Source: Dehalococcoidia bacterium (GTDB lineage: Bacteria > Chloroflexota > Dehalococcoidia > Lucifugimonadales > Australimonadaceae). From it: a stretch of DNA of 64,000 nt. Within the stretch, counting starts at the first letter, position 1. Each line of letters opens with the position of its first letter. Below the pieces are notes generated by a model. It was not told the origin of the DNA. It saw nothing but the letters and a program-made list of their open reading frames with translations, and made no database searches. Location of the stretch: NCBI GenBank assembly GCA_965242755.1, contig OZ251500.1, forward strand, positions 1,601,339 through 1,665,338, written 5' to 3'. Below, piece by piece: positions 1 through 7,072 of this stretch. The position numbers were made by a program, and so were the translations under genes.

Positions 1-2
1 CG

Positions 3-665
3 TTGATGTACTACGACATCCTGCTGAAGGAGTGGGTCAAGGGCTCGCTGTCGTTGCCCGAAATTCGCCGCCTATGGGAGAAGAGCGAAGACGTCGACGC
101 CGCGCGCAGGCTACAGGTCTACTACTTCGGCGGCGACCTCTGGCAGACGCTGCCCAACCGCGCGCAAGCGGTGCTGGTGAACGCCGACCGAGCGTTCGTG
201 GCGAGGAGCGACGCGGGCAGGACGGCGGCTATTCTCAACGAACTGCGTATCGCCGCAGAGGAACTGCTGCGCGACCGCCTGTGGAAGCCGCTCATCGCCT
301 GGGCGGACGAGCAGGCGGACTACCGAAGCCCCGATTTCGCAGAGATACGCTTCGCTCGGGAGCGCGCGTACAGGAAAAGCCCAAGTTTGGAGACCTACGA
401 ACCCCTTTTGCGCGACGGCATCGGGGCCGGCCGCTTCCTTCGGGAGCAGGCCGGCGTGGACGAGAAGGGCTTGCAGTTCATCAAACAGCAGGCGGCGGAG
501 ACCCTAAGGCGGCTTCGGCAAGCGCGCAACGCCGCCGAGCATAACCACGGCCACGAGGCCGACCTCGCCGAGATACGCGACCTCTACGCCGACGCGGTCG
601 GCATTGGGCGCAAGGGCGTTCTGCCGGAGTTGGCGCGTCTGCTGGGGAAGGGGCGGGGAGCGTAG
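3..665 (+). CDS. Hypothetical protein, 5'-truncated by the window edge, with a C-terminal HEPN-like RNxxxH motif
   Basis: The open frame runs from base 3 to TAG at 663-665. Near the C-terminus, 'LRQARNAAEHNHG' fits the HEPN signature Rx4-6H (R-N-x3-H). The true start lies outside the window. Confidence 0.5.
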   Translation: MMYYDILLKEWVKGSLSLPEIRRLWEKSEDVDAARRLQVYYFGGDLWQTLPNRAQAVLVNADRAFVARSDAGRTAAILNELRIAAEELLRDRLWKPLIAWADEQADYRSPDFAEIRFARERAYRKSPSLETYEPLLRDGIGAGRFLREQAGVDEKGLQFIKQQAAETLRRLRQARNAAEHNHGHEADLAEIRDLYADAVGIGRKGVLPELARLLGKGRGA

Positions 666-711
666 GAGGCGTTGGTCGGCGCGCAAGCACCGAATCCGCC
701 CTCTCCTTCTG

Positions 712-853
712 GAGACCTTTGCATAACCTACCGTCATTCCCGCGTAGGCGGGAATCCAGGCGGCGCGGAGCGCCGCTCCTCTCCTACGTAAGCGCCCCGT
801 CATTCCCGCGAAAGCGGGAACCTACTGGACGCGGGGAGTTATGCAAAGGTCTC
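712..853. repeat. Intact copy of a ~140-bp composite MITE-like element (terminal inverted repeats plus two internal REP hairpins)
   Basis: Terminal inverted repeats are 'GAGACCTTTGCATAAC' (712-727) and 'GTTATGCAAAGGTCTC' (838-853). Internal hairpins are TTCCCGC-GTAG-GCGGGAA (737-754) and TTCCCGC-GAAA-GCGGGAA (803-820). The same element recurs at 36630-36745/37781-37860, where it is interrupted by IS30. Confidence 0.7.
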
Positions 854-925
854 TTCTGGGAGAGGGCAGCCGCGAAGCGGCGGGTGAGGGTCGCCCCGCA
901 AAGCGGCGAACGCGGGTCGCCCCCC

Positions 926-2707
926 CTACCGCTCCGGCAACTGCCACAACTCCCGAATGCCCGGCTTCATCATCGACTCCTCCGCCATCCGCTCCGCATC
1001 ACGCTCACGGTACAGCAACTCCACCTGCAACTGATTCACCAACTGCCCCTTCGCCCGCGTGATCTTCCACAATTCCGGCATCGTCCTCGTGTGCCCCTTC
1101 GTCTCGTTGCAACCGCCGCAAAGCAGTTGCAGATTCGCCGTGATGTCGAGGCCGCTCTTGACCCACGGAACCACGTGGTCAACACGCATATGACGGAAGT
1201 CCGTGCGAACGCCGCAGCCGAGGCAGTAGCCCTCCTGCCGACCGTAGAGGTCGCGCCGCTCCGCAAGCGTCCGCGGACGGCGACGCTCGGCGATGGCGGC
1301 CTCCTCCTCCGAAACCGGGCGAATCGGCTCGTCGGTCTGCCCAGGCAATTCCGCGACCCGGTGAACCTTCTTGCCGTCGGGAAGGCCGGCGGTCGCGCCC
1401 TCGACCTCCATTTCCGGGAAGGTTCCGCGCAGCCGTTTGACGACCTGGCGATACGCCTCGATGCCCATATCCATGCCGATCCACCGCCGCCCCAACTGCT
1501 CCGCCGCGACGCACGCCGTCGCGCACCCGCAGAACGGATCCAGCACGACATCGCCCGGATTGCTGGAGACTTCGATGAAACGCTCCAGCAGCGCAAGCGG
1601 CTTCTGCGTTGGGTAGCCGGTGTATTCGGCTCGACGGGTGGAGTAGTTGGTGAAGCCGATGGGGTCGAGGATGAGATTCTGCTGCGGGTTGCCGAGGTCG
1701 GCTTCGGCGTACCGCTTCAGCCCCGGCCACTTGCCCCGCTTGGGATGATGAATGAGCCCCGCCGCGTCAAGCGCGTCCAACCTGGCGTGAACGCCTTCTA
1801 TCGCGGTGTAGCCCGGAATGAACATCTCCTCTATGTAGTTCGCGTAGTCGCCCGTCAACGGAACCGACCAGACTCGCCCCATCGCGTGCACGTCGTAGGA
1901 TCTCCACGGCTGCGTGCTCGGCGCCCCCAGAGGCGCGTCGTGAAGCGGCCCCGTCAGATCGGAACTGCGGTAGCGTCCGCGCTCGTCGCTGGACGGATAC
2001 GCCCTGCGAATGGCGGGAGTGGTCTTGCGCTCTCTGATCTCCTCGCCGTTCCACGTGTAGTCGTCGCCGTTCGCGTAGAAGAGAATGTAGTCGGTGATTC
2101 GCCCAAACCTGCGAGCGTCGTTGTGCGAGGTGGCGCGCTTCCATATCAAATTGTTTAGGTAGCGCCCCGACCCGAATACGGAGTCCATAATGCTCTTGAG
2201 ATAATGGCCGGATGTGTCGTCGCAATGCAGATAGATCGAGCCGGTCGGCTTGAGAATGCGCTGCATCTCCACGAGGCGCACCGCCATAAATGTGAGGTAC
2301 CCCTGCATCGAAGGCGAGTGCGCCCGCCCCGCTCCCTCCAAAATCGGCGGCAGCGCGGGAATGACCTGCCCAATCTCCGCGACCCACTCCACCTTCCAAT
2401 TCGGGTCGTCCGGCTCCATCGTGAACACGTCCACGAACCCGACGAGCCGATCCTGAACCGCCGCGAGAGGGTCTGGCCGCTCCTGCGGGGCGGGCAGGCG
2501 AATATCCTGCAGCAGGCCGCGCTCCTCCTGCTCCGCGAGCCCGATGGGATTGAGGTAGGCCTTCCCGCTGTTGAACGGCGGGTCGAGGTAGATGAGGTCG
2601 ACGCAGGCGTCGGGCAGCGCCCGCAGCGCGGGAAGGTTGTCGTTGACGACGATCGTCCGGTTCTCGATCCCGGGCAATATCGGCGCGTTGAGGTTAGTCT
2701 CCGTCAC
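926..2707 (-). CDS. Beta-class N4/N6 DNA methyltransferase fused to a C-terminal HNH endonuclease domain
   Basis: 593-aa ORF. Motif IV 'IYLDPPFNSG' is N-terminal and motif I 'VVLDPFCGCATA' follows it, which is the order expected for a beta-class (ParB/N6_N4-type) methylase. The C-terminus 'CLGCGVRTDFRHMRVDHVVPWVKSG...NLQLLCGGCNETKG' is an HNH pattern. Confidence 0.85.
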   Translation of the reverse strand: MTETNLNAPILPGIENRTIVVNDNLPALRALPDACVDLIYLDPPFNSGKAYLNPIGLAEQEERGLLQDIRLPAPQERPDPLAAVQDRLVGFVDVFTMEPDDPNWKVEWVAEIGQVIPALPPILEGAGRAHSPSMQGYLTFMAVRLVEMQRILKPTGSIYLHCDDTSGHYLKSIMDSVFGSGRYLNNLIWKRATSHNDARRFGRITDYILFYANGDDYTWNGEEIRERKTTPAIRRAYPSSDERGRYRSSDLTGPLHDAPLGAPSTQPWRSYDVHAMGRVWSVPLTGDYANYIEEMFIPGYTAIEGVHARLDALDAAGLIHHPKRGKWPGLKRYAEADLGNPQQNLILDPIGFTNYSTRRAEYTGYPTQKPLALLERFIEVSSNPGDVVLDPFCGCATACVAAEQLGRRWIGMDMGIEAYRQVVKRLRGTFPEMEVEGATAGLPDGKKVHRVAELPGQTDEPIRPVSEEEAAIAERRRPRTLAERRDLYGRQEGYCLGCGVRTDFRHMRVDHVVPWVKSGLDITANLQLLCGGCNETKGHTRTMPELWKITRAKGQLVNQLQVELLYRERDAERMAEESMMKPGIRELWQLPER

Positions 2708-2812
2708 GGCGTCTCCGAGGGAGGGCGTTGGCCTAATCCTAGCCTAAGATGCGTCGAGCGGGGGCGCAATGTCAACGGGGGCGTGTCCGCATTCGGCGGC
2801 GCGGTAGCGGCT

Positions 2813-2940
2813 ACCCTCACCCTGGCCCTCTCCCTAGTATGGAGAGGGAATCAGACCCGTCCCGCGCCGTCACTCCCGCGTAGGCGGGAACCTACCCCCC
2901 ATGACCGTCATTCCCGCATAGGCGGGAATCCAGGCGGCGC
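2813..2940. repeat. REP-type palindromic repeat cluster
   Basis: Contains hairpin 'CCCTCTCC-ctagtat-GGAGAGGG' (about 2826-2849), 'CTCCCGCGTAGGCGGGAA' (2872-2890) and 'GTCATTCCCGCATAGGCGGGAATCC' (2906-2930). Confidence 0.7.
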
Positions 2941-2963
2941 TATCGCGCTGAGCGCCCCCGTCC

Positions 2964-3557
2964 CTACCCTTCCGCGTTGCCCCAGCGGTCGTAGTAGGCG
3001 ATCTCGGCGACGGGCTTGCGACGGCTTCCGCCGAGGTGGTCGGGCTCCTGCGGGTAGCCCATCGGAACGAGCGCCATCATCTCCCAGTTATCGGGGACGC
3101 CGAGCAGTTCGGCGACCTCGTCGTAGCAGTGCTGCCAGATCGTCGTGAGGCGCGTCCCGATCCCGAGAGCGGCGGCGGCGAGCATCAGGTTCTGGACGGC
3201 GGGGTAGATCGACGCGCCGCGGTACGCCTCGCCGCCGGAGATTGGCCACCGCTCGACGCACGCCATCACCGCGACGGGCACGTCGGCCATCGCCTCGCTG
3301 AAATGGGGCGGCTCGTCCGCCGGGCGCGACGGAGGCTCGCCGCGCGAGCGGGTCTGCGCCTCGACGTACAACTCGCCGAGTCGCCGCTTGGCCTCGCGGT
3401 CGCGGACGATGATGAATCGCCACGGCTGGCGGTTGCTTCCGCTAGGGGCGCGTGTCGCCGCCTCGATGATTCGCTCAACCGCGCCATCCGGCAACGGGTC
3501 GGGCTTGTAGTGGGCGACGCCCCTCTGGCTGCGAACGACGTCGAAGAAATCAGGCAT
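2964..3557 (-). CDS. Nitroreductase family protein
   Basis: 'RAPSGSNRQPWRFIIVRD' is a typical nitroreductase N-terminal motif. The start is placed at ATG 3557, which follows a GGGAGG Shine-Dalgarno; the track ORF begins at an upstream TTG. Confidence 0.85.
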   Translation of the reverse strand: MPDFFDVVRSQRGVAHYKPDPLPDGAVERIIEAATRAPSGSNRQPWRFIIVRDREAKRRLGELYVEAQTRSRGEPPSRPADEPPHFSEAMADVPVAVMACVERWPISGGEAYRGASIYPAVQNLMLAAAALGIGTRLTTIWQHCYDEVAELLGVPDNWEMMALVPMGYPQEPDHLGGSRRKPVAEIAYYDRWGNAEG

Positions 3558-3656
3558 TGGAGCCTCCCGCAAAAAAGTTGGCGTGGTGGGGCATTGTACG
3601 GATTCCGTCGCGCGCCCAGTTTGGTTCCCGCTCCCGCGCGGCGGCGACGCGCCGCT

Positions 3657-5309
3657 TTACTCCGGCGGGCGGAAGACGCCGAAGACGTCGCGCAGCGCGT
3701 CGCAGACCTCGCCGAGCGTCGCGTAGGACTCGACGCACTCCAGAATCGGCGGCATCAGATTCTCGGAGGGCGAGCGCGCGGATTCCGATAGGCGCCGCAA
3801 GGCCGCCTCGCTCGCGGCGGAGTCGCGCTCGCGCCGCACGCGCTCGAGGCGGGCGATTTGACGCTCCGCCGCCTCCGGGGGGATAGCCTGCAACGCGATG
3901 CGCTCCTCCGCGTCCGACGTGAAGGCGTTGACTCCGACGATGACGCGCTCGCCGCTCTCGACCATTTGGAAGTGGCGGTGCGCGGCTTCTTCGATCTCGC
4001 CGCGCTGAAAGCCGCCCTCTATCGCCGCGACCGCGCCGCCCATCGCGTCGATGCGGTCGATGTACGCCTGCGCCTGCGCCTCGATTTCGTCGGTCAGATG
4101 CTCCACGTAGTGCGAGCCCCCGAGCGGGTCAATCGTGTCGGCCACGCCGGACTCGTTGGCCAAGACTTGCTGCGTCCGGAGCGCGAGAGCCGCCGACTCC
4201 TCGGTGGGCAGCCCCAGCGCCTCGTCCTTCGAGTTGACGTGGAGCGACTGCGCGCCGCCGAGAACGGCCGCGAGCGCCTGCACCGTCGCGCGGACGACGT
4301 TCACGTCGGGCTGCTGCGCCTGCAGCGTCACGCCTGCGGTTTGCGTATGGAAGCGCAGCATCCACGATCGGGGGTCTTTCGCGCCGAATCGCCGGCGCAT
4401 AATCGCCGCCCACATTCGCCGCGCCGCGCGGAACTTGGCCGCCTCCTCGAAGAGGTTGTTGTGCGACGCGAAGAAGAACGAGAGGCGCCCGGCGAAAGCG
4501 TCCACGTCCAGCCCCGCGTCCACCGCCGCCTGCGCGTAGGCGACGCCGTTGGCCAGCGTGAACGCGACCTCCTGCGGCGCCGTCGCGCCCGCCTCGCGCA
4601 TATGGTAGCCGCTGATGCTGATCGTGTTCCAACGCGGAACCTCCGCCGCGCAGTAGGCGAACATATCCGTCGCCAGGCGGAGCGACGGCCCCGGCGGGAA
4701 GATGTGCGTCCCGCGCGCGATGTACTCCTTCAGCACGTCGTTCTGCGTCGTGCCGCCGATCTCCGTGAGCGGCGCGCCTTGCTTCCGCGCCACCGCCAAG
4801 TAGAGCGCGAGCAGCATCGGCGCCGTGGCGTTGATCGTCATCGAGGTGGTGACGTCCGCAAGCGGAATGCCGTCGAACAGCGCCTCCATATCGGCGAGGC
4901 TCGAGATCGGCGCGCCGACCTTGCCGATCTCCGCGCGCGCCATCTCGTGATCCGCGTCGTACCCCGTCTGCGTCGGCAGATCGAACGCGACCGACAGGCC
5001 GGTCTGCCCTTGCGACAGGAGAAAGCGGTAGCGAGCGTTGGAGTCCTCCGGCGTGGAGAAGCCGGCGTACTGCCGCATCGTCCAGAGCCGCCCGCGGTGC
5101 ATCGTGGGGTGGACGCCGCGCGTGAACGGATACTCGCCCGGGAAGCCGACGCGCTCCGCGTAGGCCGACGCATCCGCGTCCGACGGCCCGTAGAGCGGCG
5201 CGGCCTCAATGTCGGACTCCGTGCGGAATGCGTCTTTGCGCTCCGGCGAGCGCCGGACGGCGGGCTCGTAGGTTTCGCGCTCCCATCGGCTGCGTTCGGC
5301 GTCGGTCAT
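3657..5309 (-). CDS. Methylmalonyl-CoA mutase family, catalytic (N-terminal barrel) subunit
   Basis: '[59 protein letters not shown]' is the canonical MCM pattern. The start is ATG 5309 ('MTDAERS'). The upstream 63 codons of the track ORF translate REP repeats ('[10 protein letters not shown]'). This gene has no B12-binding domain. Confidence 0.9.
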   Translation of the reverse strand: MTDAERSRWERETYEPAVRRSPERKDAFRTESDIEAAPLYGPSDADASAYAERVGFPGEYPFTRGVHPTMHRGRLWTMRQYAGFSTPEDSNARYRFLLSQGQTGLSVAFDLPTQTGYDADHEMARAEIGKVGAPISSLADMEALFDGIPLADVTTSMTINATAPMLLALYLAVARKQGAPLTEIGGTTQNDVLKEYIARGTHIFPPGPSLRLATDMFAYCAAEVPRWNTISISGYHMREAGATAPQEVAFTLANGVAYAQAAVDAGLDVDAFAGRLSFFFASHNNLFEEAAKFRAARRMWAAIMRRRFGAKDPRSWMLRFHTQTAGVTLQAQQPDVNVVRATVQALAAVLGGAQSLHVNSKDEALGLPTEESAALALRTQQVLANESGVADTIDPLGGSHYVEHLTDEIEAQAQAYIDRIDAMGGAVAAIEGGFQRGEIEEAAHRHFQMVESGERVIVGVNAFTSDAEERIALQAIPPEAAERQIARLERVRRERDSAASEAALRRLSESARSPSENLMPPILECVESYATLGEVCDALRDVFGVFRPPE

Positions 5310-5404
5310 AGGGGTTAGTGTACTAGGGAGGGAGGGGGAGGGGAGGGGCGCCCCGCAAGCAAAGCCGGTGAGCGGCGGGAGCGTGGCCTGGCGCGTAACC
5401 CTCT

Positions 5405-5572
5405 CCCAGAGGGGATATTTGTCGCCGCTGCCGGGCGGGTGAGGGTTCCTACCGTCATTCCCGCGTAGGCGGGAATCCATGCGGCGCGCAAGCGCCATGA
5501 TGGGGCGCGGGGCGCCCCGTCATTCCTCGAAAGCGGGAACATCCTGGGCGGCCTGAGTTACGCAAAGGCCGC
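5405..5572. repeat. REP/MITE-type repeat cluster flanking the three-gene cassette
   Basis: Contains 'CTCTCCCAGAGGGG', 'CCGTCATTCCCGCGTAGGCGGGAATCC' (5452-5478), the degenerate 'CATTCCTCGAAAGCGGGAAC' (5521-5540) and 'GAGTTACGCAAAGGCCGCC' (5555-5572). Confidence 0.7.
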
Positions 5573-6304
5573 CTACGGACGGAAACGGTCGAACTCAGCG
5601 GGCAGCGCTCGCAGCAACTGCTCCTCGGTCATGCCGTAGACGTCGTAGGTCAGCGACAACTGGTTCAGCGCCTCGATCAGCCGGGGAAGGCTGCCGGGAG
5701 GCGCGGTCGCCCTGCTCGTCCCGAGCGCGCCGCGCCGCATGCCGCCCGTCGCCCTGTCGGCGTAGAGCGTGTGCATCAGCGGAACGACGCCCTTGGATCG
5801 GAAGATCTCGGGAGATTGGACGACGCGGAGCGTGAAATGCCGCATGGCGTTGACGGGCTCGTCCAGCAGCAGCCAAGCGTCCTCTCCCCACTGCGTCCAA
5901 ACCTCGTGGGCCATCAGCAAGCGGTGATGCGAACGGTTGCGGGAGTCGCGCGCCGGGTCCACCAGGTAGGCCGCATCAGGGTATTCGCCTGTCCGCCGCG
6001 TCGGGTCTTGCGTCATCGATTCGAGGTAGAACATCCCGAGCCACGACCAGAGGTAGGGCATCGTCGCGACGTCCGGCCCCAGCGGCTCCAGTTGCGCGGC
6101 GAGGTACTGGCCCGCCTCGCGCCTGTTGGCGAAAGCGCGCTCTTCGACGCAGACCTCCGGCTCCACGGGCAGCGAGTACGTATGCTCCGTGAGCAATCCG
6201 CCCGGAAGCGGCGTCCACCCGCCGGCGCGTATCCCCGTCAGATAGTTCCGCGCGATCCGCATCCCTTCCTGCGTGAATTCGCAGACTTCAACCCGTTCGC
6301 TCAT
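5573..6304 (-). CDS. Cassette gene C: hypothetical protein, no recognised domain
   Basis: 243 aa counted from ATG 6304, which has an AGGTGA Shine-Dalgarno 7 nt upstream. A TTG at 6310 directly abuts the stop of the upstream gene. 'DSRNRSHHRLL' gives an R-N-x3-H pattern. The coding frame has GC-rich third positions. Confidence 0.6.
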   Translation of the reverse strand: MSERVEVCEFTQEGMRIARNYLTGIRAGGWTPLPGGLLTEHTYSLPVEPEVCVEERAFANRREAGQYLAAQLEPLGPDVATMPYLWSWLGMFYLESMTQDPTRRTGEYPDAAYLVDPARDSRNRSHHRLLMAHEVWTQWGEDAWLLLDEPVNAMRHFTLRVVQSPEIFRSKGVVPLMHTLYADRATGGMRRGALGTSRATAPPGSLPRLIEALNQLSLTYDVYGMTEEQLLRALPAEFDRFRP

Positions 6305-6310
6305 CGTCAA

Positions 6311-7072
6311 TCACCTTCGCCCGAGGGCAGCCTCATAGGCGTCGCTGGCGCGGAACTGCTTCTGCGCGAACGCCGCCACGGCCGCGTCTATCCACGCCAT
6401 CCGAGCGGCGCGGTCGACGTCGCCGTCCTCGCCGGACAGCAAGGGTTCATCGTGGAAGGAGCGCGCGAAGCGCAGCCATTCGCTCCAATCGCCTCCGTCG
6501 TCTTCCAAATCCGCGTCGTCGACGATGAGGGCGCGGACGAGAACCGCCCGCATCGCTTCTGGGAACACCAACCCGCGAAACGCGCCGTCATTCTGAACCG
6601 CGGCCTCAATGCCGGGCACGTTGCTGTTGAGCAGCAGCGTTGGGTTGCCGTCACGGTCGACGAAATCCAGCCGCCAGACCTCCTTGCCCAGAGCGTCGCT
6701 CGGCTTCAGCCAGAGCAACGCGCCGCGGCGCTCTTCCCTGCGCGGCCTGATGCGGTTCGCCATCGCAAGCAGCAAGCCGGATCCGTCGGACGCCACCACC
6801 TTCACCCGGAACGAGGGATTGTCCGGCACGCTGACGAGCCGGCGGTCCGGCGGAGGCGCCAGCGCGCCCACCTCGCCCCACGGGAAGCGCATCGCCATCC
6901 GCCCGCGGTACGCCTCGATCGTGACCGGCGCGTCATCGGGCAGGCCCATTCCGTCGAAATTGAGCGTCGCGTTGAACGTGGACGGCCCGCCGTCGGTCGC
7001 CTCGGTCACCTCGAACGCGGCGCGCTCCTGCTCGATGCGCCGCCGGCCCGTGAAGTTAAACCGCCGGATCAT
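6311..7072 (-). CDS. Cassette gene B: hypothetical protein, no recognised domain
   Basis: 253 aa from ATG 7072 ('MIRRFNFTG'), with GGGAG upstream. The start overlaps the end of gene A by 17 nt, and the stop at 6311-6313 abuts gene C. Confidence 0.6.
   Translation of the reverse strand: MIRRFNFTGRRRIEQERAAFEVTEATDGGPSTFNATLNFDGMGLPDDAPVTIEAYRGRMAMRFPWGEVGALAPPPDRRLVSVPDNPSFRVKVVASDGSGLLLAMANRIRPRREERRGALLWLKPSDALGKEVWRLDFVDRDGNPTLLLNSNVPGIEAAVQNDGAFRGLVFPEAMRAVLVRALIVDDADLEDDGGDWSEWLRFARSFHDEPLLSGEDGDVDRAARMAWIDAAVAAFAQKQFRASDAYEAALGRR

Noticed and set aside
719-2158. Long ORFs antisense to, or out of frame with, clearly identified genes. Examples: 719-2158, 3858-5318, 5771-7123, 6609-8462, 11874-14393, 14547-16211, 20526-22616, 25044-26636, 49695-51950, 54055-55353 and 56005-57267.
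   Set aside because: Their translations are Arg/Ala/Pro/Gly-rich low-complexity strings with no motifs, and they overlap genes with strong family signatures. Scarcity of stop codons in non-coding frames is expected at this GC content.
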